Source: an uncultured virus (IMG/VR IMGVR_UViG_3300044796_000596) (lineage: Duplodnaviria > Heunggongvirae > Uroviricota > Caudoviricetes). From it: a stretch of DNA of 50,839 nucleotides. This document shows positions 19,577 through 29,518 of the stretch, piece by piece. Where the stretch lies: the IMG/VR virus record IMGVR_UViG_3300044796_000596; one strand, 5' to 3'. The notes under the pieces are model-generated. The model did not search any database and was not told where the DNA came from. It saw only the letters and a list, made by a program, of their open reading frames with translations. Made by a program: the position numbers and the translations under genes. Position 1 is the first letter of the stretch; every line of letters begins with the position of its first letter.

Positions 19577-21108
19577 GCACCCTCGACAACACCGTGCGCC
19601 CCTTTGCGGGCGACGCAGGTGCGGGCGCGCCCGGCGCCGTCGCCGACGCCGATGACATCTTGGGCGCCCGCAAGGCGTCGAAGGGCAAGGCGTCTCCCGG
19701 CCCCGCTCCTGCGCCCGCTCCACCCGCCCGCAGCGAGGTCGATGACGTCTTGGGTGCCCGCAAGGCGTCGAAGGGCAAGGCGTCTCCCGGCCCCGCTCCT
19801 CCACGCGCATCCGCGCCTGCACCCGCGCCTGCACCCAACGGCGGTGGCGGCGCTGGGGCCGCTCGTGCGGGCGCGCTCGGGGGAATCGGCAATGTCATCG
19901 CGCGCCTGAACCCCTTCGCGTCGAACGCGGAGCAGGAGCAGAAGGTCCGTGATCTCGCGGCTGGCTGGGCCGAGCTTGAGGCGCGCATGCGCGCGACTCC
20001 TGTCCTCGCACGCGACCTCAGGCTGCAGCACGACGCCTGGGTCGGTTTCTATGCAAGGTGGCAGGCGGGCGACAAGAACGAGGCGGCGATCAACGTCTGC
20101 GTCAACGAGCTCACCTCGGCGCGCGCCATCGCTCTCAAGATCAACTGGCAGGACGTCCCGAACAAGCTGCCGCCGGTCGAGGACTCGGCGGCGCGCCGCG
20201 CGGCCGAGTGGGTGAACCAGCACGCGCCGACCCTTCGCGGGGTCATGGATCTTCTCGATCAGAACGCCGTCTTCCGGAGCAAGGCCAAGTGGCTCTTCTC
20301 GGATCCGAACCCGGAGCAGGCGGCGCGGCTCGCGATCGATCCCGCATGGCCGACCGATCCGGACGAGCGAATGCGCGCGCTGCGTACGCTGAACGCTCAA
20401 ATCTTGTGGACGGCGGACGCGCTCCGCAAGGACGGGCTCAGTCGTCTCAAGGACGCGCAAGGGACGGTCGTCCTCGGCAGCGACCCGAGGCCCGTGTACC
20501 CCACCCCAGCGCACAACTTTGCAGCGGCGACGTTGGCGCGGACGCCGATGGTCTTCCTGCCGCCAGGCGAGTACGTCGCCGGAACTGTCGTGACGAACGG
20601 CGGGTCGCCCTTGCTGAAGGTGCCATCGTCGCCGACGACCCCCCTCGGAGGTGACACGGGCTCCCCCATCCTCATCGCCGTCGCCGTCGTCCTCTGTTTC
20701 GCGATGTGTGCCACAGCGGTCACCTGCGTCATCGAGCTCCGTGCGAACGTCATCGACCGGCAGCTCGCGCGCGGCTCCGACACGGCGCGCCTCATGGAAC
20801 TCACGAAGGCCGGCGTTGCCCTCATCGGGGATCACGCGCGGCGCGAGCAGGAGGCCCAGCACACGATCCCGTTCACGGATCAGGAGATCCAGTTCCTGAA
20901 ATCGATCGAGGAGTGCCAGAATCTCATCTGCGCCAAGACCGAGCAGCCGCTGCCCGTGCCGTTCACGAACGCGCTCACGAGCGTTTCGGCGGGCTTCGGT
21001 AAGGCGGTCGAGCACACCGGCGCTGCCGCCGAAAAGCTCGCCGAGGCCCTCCCCTTCGTCGCCGTCGCGGCCGTCGTGGTCGGTGGCGTGATGCTGATGA
21101 AGCACTGA
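19573..21108 (+). CDS. Membrane protein with two hydrophobic segments, sharing a domain with the giant protein
   Basis: GTG start overlaps the giant ORF stop. WAELEARM...QHDAWVGFYARWQAG matches WGRLERKM...QHDAWIVFSQKWADG in the giant protein. DD.LGARKA motif is also shared. Internal and C-terminal TM segments. Confidence 0.75.
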   Translation: MSTLDNTVRPFAGDAGAGAPGAVADADDILGARKASKGKASPGPAPAPAPPARSEVDDVLGARKASKGKASPGPAPPRASAPAPAPAPNGGGGAGAARAGALGGIGNVIARLNPFASNAEQEQKVRDLAAGWAELEARMRATPVLARDLRLQHDAWVGFYARWQAGDKNEAAINVCVNELTSARAIALKINWQDVPNKLPPVEDSAARRAAEWVNQHAPTLRGVMDLLDQNAVFRSKAKWLFSDPNPEQAARLAIDPAWPTDPDERMRALRTLNAQILWTADALRKDGLSRLKDAQGTVVLGSDPRPVYPTPAHNFAAATLARTPMVFLPPGEYVAGTVVTNGGSPLLKVPSSPTTPLGGDTGSPILIAVAVVLCFAMCATAVTCVIELRANVIDRQLARGSDTARLMELTKAGVALIGDHARREQEAQHTIPFTDQEIQFLKSIEECQNLICAKTEQPLPVPFTNALTSVSAGFGKAVEHTGAAAEKLAEALPFVAVAAVVVGGVMLMKH

Positions 21109-21141
21109 GGTCGAGAGGTCGAGAGGTCGAGAGGTCGAGAG
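21106..21141. repeat. 8-bp tandem repeat GAGGTCGA x4 at a stop codon
   Basis: Directly visible. Confidence 0.85.
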
Positions 21142-21473
21142 CTCGCCGAAGGGTTGAGCCACGTCCGCGGTCCTCCGGACGATCTCCTGAGATCCATCCG
21201 ATCTACTTCCGAGATCCTTCCGAGATCCATCGCCGCCGCGGGACAAGCCGAGCCGCCGGAAGGTGAGGCGATCCCCATCCCTCCACCTCCTGCGCCTTCT
21301 GATTCTGATCCTGAGGATCGTGAGGATCCTGGGCTCTAAGCGATTTTGGACGGGCTCCCGATCAATTCGACCCCCCGACCCCGAGATTTTTATTTACCTA
21401 CGCCGGGGTGGCGGGGAAGAAACCAATAGACGTGAGCCGGCCCATGGCTGGCGACCAAAATGAGGAGACGATC

Positions 21474-21980
21474 ATGGCCGAAGGCAGCGTGACGATGGGC
21501 GTGGGGCACTACCAGTCGGTGATGCGGAAGCTGAAGGAGGCGGGCGCCGAGGTCAAGGGGTACGGCGGCGCGCTCCTGGCGAAGCGCAGCACGCAGGCGC
21601 TGATGACGGTCGGCGGCGCCGCGATCGGCTGGTACATCCTCTCCAACAAGAGCTGGTCCGACAAGATCGGCGTCTTCAAGGCCCATTGGTGGCTCAAGCC
21701 GCTCCTGGTCCTCGCGGTCGGCTGGTGGGCCTGGCGCAAGGAGAAGGTCTACGCCGGCCTCATCCTCGCCATCGGCGCGGCCCTGTTCGCGCAGGCGTGG
21801 CGTACGGAGTCGAACATCACGGCGAAGCCGCCGATCGAGTCCGGCGACGTGGCCTGGGACGCGGACGCGGGCCAGTGGGTCAAGACCGGCACGGGCGGCG
21901 AGGTCCTCATGCCCGCCGGCGGCACGGACGAGAGTTCCGTGTTCGCGCGGAGCGTGTTCGAGAAGGCGCGCGCGGCCTGA
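21474..21980 (+). CDS. Multi-TM membrane protein
   Basis: GAGGAG RBS and three hydrophobic segments; lies immediately upstream of the candidate capsid gene. Confidence 0.8.
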   Translation: MAEGSVTMGVGHYQSVMRKLKEAGAEVKGYGGALLAKRSTQALMTVGGAAIGWYILSNKSWSDKIGVFKAHWWLKPLLVLAVGWWAWRKEKVYAGLILAIGAALFAQAWRTESNITAKPPIESGDVAWDADAGQWVKTGTGGEVLMPAGGTDESSVFARSVFEKARAA

Positions 21981-22099
21981 TAGCCGCTCGGTCGCGCGAC
22001 CGCGAACGCAGGCGCTGGTGCCGAGGTTCGCCGGACGGATCTTCCTGAGCAATCAGAGGATCCGGCGCAGGCAAAGACGACGACGACGGAGGCGATAGA

Positions 22100-23395
22100 A
22101 TGGACACGATGAGCACCGGAGCGGCCATGGACCTGCTCCGCAAGATGAACGACCAGGTGGACAACGACAGCGGCGACGCTGGCGCGCCCGAGAACGACGG
22201 CTACAAGGGCACGAGCCCCCGCGTGGCGCTCGCCGAGGCCGAGCTCGAGAGCGGGCTCGTGCAGCTCGCGCAGGCGGTCGGCGGCTTCGATCGCCTCACC
22301 GTCGGGGACCTCAAGGGCCTGATGGGCCACATGTACAAGCGCGGCCACGGCGTCGGCCACAAGCGCGGCTTCCAGCGCGCCGAGCGGATGAAGAGCACCC
22401 GGTACGGCCGCAGCCGCCGGATGGACGAGTTCCGCGAGGACATCATCGATCGGTACATCGACATCCACGGCGGCAACATCATCCAGGGGGACGGCTACTA
22501 CTTCGGGACGATCGAGGCCCAGTTCGGTGTCGAGGGCACGGGCGCTTCGGCCGAGTGCACCGCGTACATCCTCCCCGCGAACCCGCAGCAGCCGGTCATC
22601 GACAAGTGCTTCGACTACGGCATCGGGGACGTGAGCACCACCTGGCTCGGCAACCCCTCCAACGTCACCGGCACCACGACGAACAACGGCTGGGCGCCGC
22701 AGCCGCACACCCTGACCGCGGCCGACACGAACCTCCAGAACCCCGGCCAGAACCTGTACGCGGACGAGGTCTTCATCATCGAGGGCATCAGCGCTCGAGT
22801 TCGCGGCGCCGCCGTCCAGTACCCCATCGCTGGCGGGGTGGGCACGTACCTGAGCGCTGGCCCCCAGGCGCTCAACGCGCTCGCCGGCTACAACATGGTC
22901 ATGGACGAGAACGGGGCCGTGATCCCCGTCGAGCTCTGGAACGGCCTGACCGACTACTACCGCCTCGCGCACGCGCTCGCGGAGAACAGCTCGCTCCACT
23001 TCACGTGGCGCGACCTCGCGCTCGGCGGTACGCAGAACACGAGCGACGTCCTCGTCGACTCGTTCCTGCACGTGCCGGGCAGCTACGAGATGAGCGTCAA
23101 GCGCACCTCGGGCGGCAACAACGAGTGCCTCGACCTGCCCCAGGGCTACATCTGGTGCCTCGACAAGCAGTTCCAGGCGTCGCGCGACGAGGGTGGCAAC
23201 GGCCTCTTCGACTGCGAGCTGCACCTGGACGCGCCCGTGGCCGTGCCCTTCGCGCCGCTCGCGTCGGTCTACGGCTCGGTCGCCGCGGCTGCGCCGGCGG
23301 TCATCGCGCTCTACTGGGAGGTCCGCCTCATCGGGACGAGCCTCACGCCCGGGAAGCGCTCGCGCCGTCAGTCCGAGACGCGCCGCCGCATGTGA
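22100..23395 (+). CDS. Candidate major capsid-like protein 1 (putative jelly-roll)
   Basis: GGAGG RBS, strongly biased codons, beta-strand-rich sequence, DTNLQNPG...FIIEGI motif, terminal LYWEVRLIG strand and Arg-rich tail. The CDS is solid; the capsid call is inference. Confidence 0.5.
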   Translation: MDTMSTGAAMDLLRKMNDQVDNDSGDAGAPENDGYKGTSPRVALAEAELESGLVQLAQAVGGFDRLTVGDLKGLMGHMYKRGHGVGHKRGFQRAERMKSTRYGRSRRMDEFREDIIDRYIDIHGGNIIQGDGYYFGTIEAQFGVEGTGASAECTAYILPANPQQPVIDKCFDYGIGDVSTTWLGNPSNVTGTTTNNGWAPQPHTLTAADTNLQNPGQNLYADEVFIIEGISARVRGAAVQYPIAGGVGTYLSAGPQALNALAGYNMVMDENGAVIPVELWNGLTDYYRLAHALAENSSLHFTWRDLALGGTQNTSDVLVDSFLHVPGSYEMSVKRTSGGNNECLDLPQGYIWCLDKQFQASRDEGGNGLFDCELHLDAPVAVPFAPLASVYGSVAAAAPAVIALYWEVRLIGTSLTPGKRSRRQSETRRRM

Positions 23396-23421
23396 TCCTG
23401 ACGATCGACATCTGACCGCCT

Positions 23422-23442
23422 CGGGCCGCATCAGGCGGCCCG
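23422..23442 (+). terminator. GC-rich hairpin after candidate capsid gene 1
   Basis: CGGGCCGC-ATCAG-GCGGCCCG, with no U-tract. Confidence 0.3.
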
Positions 23443-23547
23443 GCGGGCAGGGTCGATCACGGTCCTGATCGGGTCCACGTTCTCGCCTTCGCGCCTCGAG
23501 CGCGCAGGCGCGATGTGGGCCCGGTTCGATCTGAGGAGACGCAGGCG

Positions 23548-24156
23548 ATGCCGAGCAGCTACTCCAATCCCGTCTTTCCGCCGCCGAGCCCAGGCGTGCA
23601 GACGGCGATCCTGCGTACGCAGACCCACCACTCCCCCACCAACAACAACCTTCGCGTCTATGCGCTCGGCCTCGCGTCGCTCCGGCATGTCCGGATCGCG
23701 ATGGCCGCCTCGCAGATGACCAACCTGGAGCCGGCGCCGCAGTGGTGGGTTGTCAACGCCTACTGCGCGCTCAAGTTCCCGCAGCGCGACCTCAGTCCGA
23801 TCGGGAGCGGAGCGAACGAGCTCGCGCTCTCTCCAAGCGTCGTGACCATCCCGTCCCTCGGCGCGCGGACGATGGCGATCCTCGATCTCTACCTCCCGCG
23901 GTATCCCGAGGTGCTCTTCGTCAACCTCTACTTCTCGACGTACCTCGACGGCCCGACCGCCCAGACGTACGTGATGGGCTATCCGGACGGCGCCCCGCAT
24001 TCCTACGACGGCATGTTCCTCACGCCGAGCGGACCGGGAGTCTTCCTCCGGCGCGATGAAGGTGGCGCGCATGACGGCCCGTTCGAGAGCGCGAGGAAAA
24101 GACCGCTCGCGGACCTTCGCGCGGACGGTTGCGACGCTCCTCGCAGGCGCGGCTGA
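23548..24156 (+). CDS. Hypothetical beta-rich protein (possible minor structural)
   Basis: GAGGAG RBS; co-oriented in the operon. Confidence 0.65.
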   Translation: MPSSYSNPVFPPPSPGVQTAILRTQTHHSPTNNNLRVYALGLASLRHVRIAMAASQMTNLEPAPQWWVVNAYCALKFPQRDLSPIGSGANELALSPSVVTIPSLGARTMAILDLYLPRYPEVLFVNLYFSTYLDGPTAQTYVMGYPDGAPHSYDGMFLTPSGPGVFLRRDEGGAHDGPFESARKRPLADLRADGCDAPRRRG

Positions 24157-24171
24157 GCGAGGCCATGATCC

Positions 24172-27100
24172 ATGGCCATCCTCGATTACAAAACGAGGCC
24201 GGACGATGTTGGCGTGTCGCCGTCGGGCTGGGCCAAGGTCGGCGACTCCTGGCAGACGGTCGAGCCGCTCCGCGACAAGCGCACGGGCCTCTACGCGAGG
24301 ACGAGCTACGGCGGTGGTAAGCTTGCGCTCGGCCGCCTCGGTCTCCGGATGCCCACCGCCGCCGAGGTCGATGCGCGCCTCGTCGCGACGCGTGCCCAAC
24401 GCGGTCTCATCCTCCCCGTCCTGAGTCTCCCCGACGTCCCGATCCAGACGGCCAACGGCGTCTTCCGGAGCAGCTACGCGGACCCAGCGGCCTATAAGGC
24501 TGCGGTCCAGGGTCTGCTCAACAGGTTCATGCAGACGCCCGAGTGGGCGCAGTACCACGACGATCTCGTTCAGAGCGAGCTTGAGCGTCTCCGGTGGGAC
24601 GGCCGCGCGCTCCTCTCGAACCTCGGCAAGATGTGGATCGCGGGGGCCAGCGAGGGCCGCGCGCTCCTCAAGGGCTGGTGGGACGGCTCGAGTTGGATCC
24701 AGACGGGGACGGCAGCGTACGGGCGCGAGAAGCACAACGCCGACCACCACGACTACGGAACCCTGCTTTACGGCGTGAGCGACACGGACCCGAGCCTCCG
24801 GAGCGAGGACACGGGTGACACGGGTGACACGGGCGACACGGGCGACACGGGCGACGCGGGCGAGACCGGCGCCGCCGATGCGTCGTACGTCACCTCGCCC
24901 GCCAACGTCGTGCTGCCGGTCTCGCCGACCTTGGGGTGGACGAAGGTCGGCAATGCCTGGCAGACCAACGAGCCCCTTCGCGACAAGCACACGGGGCTCT
25001 ACGCTCGCCCCACGTACGCCGGAGCGCGCCAAGCTCTTGCGCGGCTCGGCCTTCGGATGCCGACCCGCGCGGAGGTCGAGGCCCGTCTCAATGCGACAAG
25101 GCCGAGCGGTGGCGTGATCCTGCCCGTCATCGCGTTGCCCGACGCTCAGATCCTGAGCGAGCTCGCCGCGCAGGGCATCGTGCGGTCGGCCTATCCCCCG
25201 GGGCCTGTCGGCGACGACGCGTTCAACCGCGCCTCGCGCCGTGACATGGGAGGGCTGCGCTGGGCCCGTTACTTCGACAGCCTGACGAAAGAAGCGCTCG
25301 ATCGCGCGCGCTGGAACGGCCAGTCGCTCACCTCGAACCTCGGCAAGCTGTGGATTCAGCCGGGGCTTGGCGACCCGCCGATCGGCGATCACGACCCGGT
25401 GACGGGCGTGGCGGGAGGCCGGGCGCGCCTCATGGGCTGGTGGACGGGCAAGAAGTGGACGCAGCAGGGCTACGGCACATCGAGGGACGTCCTCGACGTG
25501 AGAACGGGCCAGCCTGCGGTTGACGCCAACCACGACGAGAACCACCACGACTACGGCACGTTGCTCTACGCCGTGAGCGACACGGATCCGAGGCTCCGGA
25601 GCGACGCGACCGACGCGACCGGCGCAGGCGAAGCAGGGATGATCGGTGCGCTCGGCCCGATCCTCACCGCGCTGCACGGCCTCAAATTCGCGGGGCTGGC
25701 CGATCGTGTGGCGGCGCCAGCGAACGCACAGCGTGTCGGCGTCCGCGTTGGCGCGGACACGGGTGACGACGTGCTTGGCTCGCCTGGCCCGGTGCTCCTC
25801 GTCGGCGACTCGCTCGCGCAGGGCCTCACGCGGCCGCTCGCGGCGCTCGCCAAGAACGCCGGCGTCACGTTCAAGGGCGATGGGGTCCAGAGCTCCACGA
25901 TGCGCCAGTGGCTCGCCGGCACGGGCGGCGTGGACGCAGGCGGTGTGGACGCTGGTGGATCTCAGGGCGAAGAGATGCCGGACCCGGCCCCGGCGCTTCT
26001 CCAGCTTCGGAGGGAGCTCGACAACGGGTGGCCGAGGCGCTCGAGGATCAAGGACGGATTCCTGTCGACCCAGGCTCATCGCGCGATGAGCCCGAACAGC
26101 GGGCACGACGTGGGCAACGCGCTCGACATCACGGCAGACGGCGTGAGCGGCCCGAACCTGCACCAGCTCGCCGAGGCCCTGCTCCGCGATCCGAGGACGC
26201 ACTACGTGATCTGGCGCGGCCGGATCGCCAACATGCTGCCGAGCTCGACCTCGAGCTGGACCGTGGGGGAATGGCGGCCCTACTCGGGCCCGAGCGTCCA
26301 CAACGATCACCTGCATCTCTCGATCGTGCCCGAGACGCGGAACGACACGCGACCCTGGAGCCTCGTCGGGGTGGACATCACGTCGCAGCCGCGCTCAGGT
26401 CTCTTGGGCCTTTCGGAGGCCGGTGCGCCGGCGGGCAAGGCGGGTGCCCCGCTCCGCTCGAAGCTCGTCGCGGACCTCGCGAGCGCGCATCCAGCCATCA
26501 CGCTCGTGTCGCTCGGTACGAACGACATGCGCACGCAGGATCCGGCCGCCGAGGGCCGCCGCGTGGCCGACCTCATCGCGTTCCTGAAACGCAACGACGC
26601 CGGGACCGTCGCGTGGATCGCGCCGCCCACGATGCCCTTCGACAACGCGCAGACGGAAGCTTTTCGAAAGGCTCTCCAGGAGGCGTGTGAGCAGGCCGAC
26701 GTGAAGGTCTTCCCGTCGCAGGCGTACTCGTTCGAGCGCGCGAAGGACAAGATCCACTTCACCGAGAAGGGCTACCGGGACTGGGCCTCCGCGATCGCTG
26801 CCTGGCTCGGCTTCCAGGTGCAGCAGGCCCCCGAGGTGCCCTCGCCCGCGCCTTCCGGGCCCGCGCGGACGGCCTCGGACGCCGCCTACAAGCCCGCCAA
26901 GAACATCACCGCGCCGATGTTCGCGTGGATCAACCAGATCCTGCACGACGCGTCGAACTACCCGCTCGACACCAAGGCCGACAAGGTCTTCGGCACGCGG
27001 GTCATGCAGGCCCGCATCGACACGCATCCCGCCGACAAGAACATCCCGAGGCCGCACCGCGGCGTCGATCTATGGGAGGCCCCTGCGGGAAGCGCTCCTG

Positions 27101-28467
27101 CGGGAAGCGCCCCTGCGGGAAGCGCTCCTGCGGGGAGCGCTCCTGCGGGAAGCGCTTCTGCGGGGAGCGCTCCGCCGTCGCCTTCCCCGTCGCCCTCGAA
27201 TTCCGCCGACGCGCCGTCGCTCGTGGCGCTCAAGAAGCAACTCGACGCGATGTACCCGAAGCGCGATCGGCGCTACGACGGGATCCAGGCGAGCGCCGCG
27301 CACCGCGCCAAGAACCCGAACAGCGATCACGACCTCGGCAACGCGCTCGACGTCACGACGGACAAGAAGAACGGCCCGAACCTCGACGTGCTCGCCGAGG
27401 CGCTCCTCCGTGATCCGCGCACTCGGTACGTGATCTGGCGCGGCCGGATCGCGAACACGCAGACCGGACAGGGCTGGACCCCAGGCGCGTGGCGACCGTA
27501 CACGCGCTCTGTCGGCGACGAGGACCCGCACGAGAGCCACCTGCACCTTTCGCTTGTCGCCGACCAGCGCGACGACGCGAGCTCGTGGAACCTCTCGTCG
27601 ATGCGCCCTGGGCGCTGGGAGCTCGCGCCCTTCGCGTCGCAGGCGCCCGACCCCAACGACCTCGGTCCGAGCGTCTACGTGCAGCCCTACCAGGCCATGA
27701 AGGACAAGAAGCCGGTCGGGTCGCCCGTCCCGATCGGTCCGATGCCCATGCCGCTCGAGGTCTACCTCGCGCACGTCGTGACCGCCGAGCTCGGCGGCGC
27801 CGGCAAGGATCCGGAGGCGGCGCGCGCGCAGGCGGTCGCGGCCCGCACGTTCATCCGGTTCATGATGAGCGCGACGCCGAGCCTTGGGACGAAGGCGAAC
27901 CCGATCAAGAACAGCGAGCACTTCCAGGTCGCCGCGCCGACGGCGAAGGATTGGGCCGTGCAGGCTCTCGCCGACACGCGCGGCGTCATCATGCTCTGGA
28001 ACGGCAAGCCCATCGTCGCGAACTACGTCTCGGGCGCGCACTGGCTCCCGGATCCGGATGTGCGGAGCGGCGCGGGCGGCAAGGAGGACGATCCGACGCA
28101 TCCGATGGAGCCGTTCGTCACGTACAACGAGGGGCTCTCGGGCGCGGCCGTGCATCCGACGAAGCTCGCCGGCAAGATCCCTGCGAACCGCGGCGCGATG
28201 AGCCAGAACGGCGCCATCGCGCTCGCGCGCTTGGGCGTGCCGTGGTTCGCGATCCTCAAGTTCTTCTACGGCGCGGACATCCAGTTCACGCCGGGCCCGA
28301 AGCCGATCGAGACCCCGGACGTCCCGCAGGACGATGATCTTTCGCGCGCGCGACAAGAATCCGACTCGAAGGACTCGAAGGACTCGAAGGACTCGAAGGA
28401 CTCCGGATTCGGCTTTGCTGCGATCGCTGCCGCTGCGGCCGTCGCGGTCGGATTCCTCAGTAGCTGA
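24172..28467 (+). CDS. Multi-domain cell-wall hydrolase: 2 uncharacterised repeats, split SGNH, 2 M15-like peptidases, SpoIID/LytB, C-terminal TM
   Basis: SGNH blocks LLVGDS / SLGTND / DKIHF. M15-like S.H..GNALD and H..HLHLS occur twice. SpoIID-like LEVYLAHVVTAE...AQAVAART...SQNGA...ILKFFY. Duplicated GK.W...GWW...HHDYGTLLY domain. Hydrophobic C-terminus. Confidence 0.85.
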   Translation: MAILDYKTRPDDVGVSPSGWAKVGDSWQTVEPLRDKRTGLYARTSYGGGKLALGRLGLRMPTAAEVDARLVATRAQRGLILPVLSLPDVPIQTANGVFRSSYADPAAYKAAVQGLLNRFMQTPEWAQYHDDLVQSELERLRWDGRALLSNLGKMWIAGASEGRALLKGWWDGSSWIQTGTAAYGREKHNADHHDYGTLLYGVSDTDPSLRSEDTGDTGDTGDTGDTGDAGETGAADASYVTSPANVVLPVSPTLGWTKVGNAWQTNEPLRDKHTGLYARPTYAGARQALARLGLRMPTRAEVEARLNATRPSGGVILPVIALPDAQILSELAAQGIVRSAYPPGPVGDDAFNRASRRDMGGLRWARYFDSLTKEALDRARWNGQSLTSNLGKLWIQPGLGDPPIGDHDPVTGVAGGRARLMGWWTGKKWTQQGYGTSRDVLDVRTGQPAVDANHDENHHDYGTLLYAVSDTDPRLRSDATDATGAGEAGMIGALGPILTALHGLKFAGLADRVAAPANAQRVGVRVGADTGDDVLGSPGPVLLVGDSLAQGLTRPLAALAKNAGVTFKGDGVQSSTMRQWLAGTGGVDAGGVDAGGSQGEEMPDPAPALLQLRRELDNGWPRRSRIKDGFLSTQAHRAMSPNSGHDVGNALDITADGVSGPNLHQLAEALLRDPRTHYVIWRGRIANMLPSSTSSWTVGEWRPYSGPSVHNDHLHLSIVPETRNDTRPWSLVGVDITSQPRSGLLGLSEAGAPAGKAGAPLRSKLVADLASAHPAITLVSLGTNDMRTQDPAAEGRRVADLIAFLKRNDAGTVAWIAPPTMPFDNAQTEAFRKALQEACEQADVKVFPSQAYSFERAKDKIHFTEKGYRDWASAIAAWLGFQVQQAPEVPSPAPSGPARTASDAAYKPAKNITAPMFAWINQILHDASNYPLDTKADKVFGTRVMQARIDTHPADKNIPRPHRGVDLWEAPAGSAPAGSAPAGSAPAGSAPAGSASAGSAPPSPSPSPSNSADAPSLVALKKQLDAMYPKRDRRYDGIQASAAHRAKNPNSDHDLGNALDVTTDKKNGPNLDVLAEALLRDPRTRYVIWRGRIANTQTGQGWTPGAWRPYTRSVGDEDPHESHLHLSLVADQRDDASSWNLSSMRPGRWELAPFASQAPDPNDLGPSVYVQPYQAMKDKKPVGSPVPIGPMPMPLEVYLAHVVTAELGGAGKDPEAARAQAVAARTFIRFMMSATPSLGTKANPIKNSEHFQVAAPTAKDWAVQALADTRGVIMLWNGKPIVANYVSGAHWLPDPDVRSGAGGKEDDPTHPMEPFVTYNEGLSGAAVHPTKLAGKIPANRGAMSQNGAIALARLGVPWFAILKFFYGADIQFTPGPKPIETPDVPQDDDLSRARQESDSKDSKDSKDSKDSGFGFAAIAAAAAVAVGFLSS

Positions 28468-28523
28468 ATCCGTAGCTGAGTCGCTGAATCCGTAGCTGAA
28501 TCCGAAAGGCACCTAGGCACACC

Positions 28524-29477
28524 ATGAGTCTCCCGAAGCCCCCGGCCGTTCTGATCAACTTCTTCGGCGGATACCCGACGACGCTCTACAAGTACCTCAC
28601 GCAGCTCGTCCTCGCGATCAGCGGGCTGCTCGGTCTCCCGATCCCGACGTTGATCTACGGCCCTGGCACGGACCGCGCAGTCGTCGTGCCGCACCTGGGG
28701 ACGATGACCCTCACGGAAGACGTCTACGCGACGACGTTCGTGAACAACGGCACGGTGGTCATGCAGAACTACCGGATCTTTGCGACGGAATCCTTCACGA
28801 ACAGCTCCACCGGCCTCATCGTGGCCGATGGCCCTGCGGGTCAGGACGCGATCGGCGGCGGCGCAGGCGGCGTTGCCACGTCTCCTGGAAGCCTGAAGGG
28901 CGGCGGGAGCGGCGGCAGCACCGGGTCAGGCCCCGATGCGGACGGGAGCCCCGGAAACCCTGGCGGCGACGGCACGTACTTCTCCTACACGCAGCCCGGT
29001 GGCCACGGCGGTAACTCCGATGGCGGCGCGGGCGGCGCGGGCGGCGCGGGCGGGGCGTCGGGTGCGATCCCGAATCGTGGCGCGACGCTGATCGACCTCG
29101 TGGACACGTTGAACCAACCCGCCGCGTTCTTCACCCCGGGTCCGGTCCTCTCGGGCATGGGCGGCGGCGGGGGTGCGTCGGACGGCGCAAGCAACAGCGG
29201 CGGAGGCGGCGGCGCGGGCGGGGGCGAGGTCCAGATTTGGTCGCCCGCCATCGTCAACAACGGCGTGATCTCGGCCCAAGGCGGCAAGGGCGGCAACGCT
29301 GACGCTCCGGGCGGCAACAGCGGTGGCGGCGGCGGTGGCTCGGGCGGCACCGTCCGACTGCTCGCGGCGAGCGTCACGGGCACCGGCACCATCAACGTCA
29401 ACGGCGGTGCGGGCGGCACCGCCCTCGGGACGGGCGTGGCCGGCGTGGCCGGCGGGCTCGGGTTCGTCGCCACCTGA
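28524..29477 (+). CDS. Gly-rich spike/fibre-like protein (shared-anchor family, member 1)
   Basis: N-terminal LINFFGGYPTTLYKYL anchor motif; GGGGGAGG Gly-rich domain. Confidence 0.75.
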   Translation: MSLPKPPAVLINFFGGYPTTLYKYLTQLVLAISGLLGLPIPTLIYGPGTDRAVVVPHLGTMTLTEDVYATTFVNNGTVVMQNYRIFATESFTNSSTGLIVADGPAGQDAIGGGAGGVATSPGSLKGGGSGGSTGSGPDADGSPGNPGGDGTYFSYTQPGGHGGNSDGGAGGAGGAGGASGAIPNRGATLIDLVDTLNQPAAFFTPGPVLSGMGGGGGASDGASNSGGGGGAGGGEVQIWSPAIVNNGVISAQGGKGGNADAPGGNSGGGGGGSGGTVRLLAASVTGTGTINVNGGAGGTALGTGVAGVAGGLGFVAT

Positions 29478-29518
29478 AACGTAATTCTGACGAGTCATTC
29501 TGACGAAAGGAGGATGCG

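Noticed and set aside
6725..19834. Very long minus-strand ORFs (6725-14707, 14765-19834) and similar ones (23431-26316, 32940-36236)
   Set aside because: Antisense shadows of GC-biased genes: Arg/Ala-rich, with no motifs.
21154..21339. Short Pro-rich ORF between 21108 and 21474
   Set aside because: TTG start, no RBS and low complexity; more likely a promoter-containing intergenic region.
25975..26400. Insert in the SGNH domain as an intein
   Set aside because: No C/S...HN splice motifs; it carries metallopeptidase His/Asp motifs instead.
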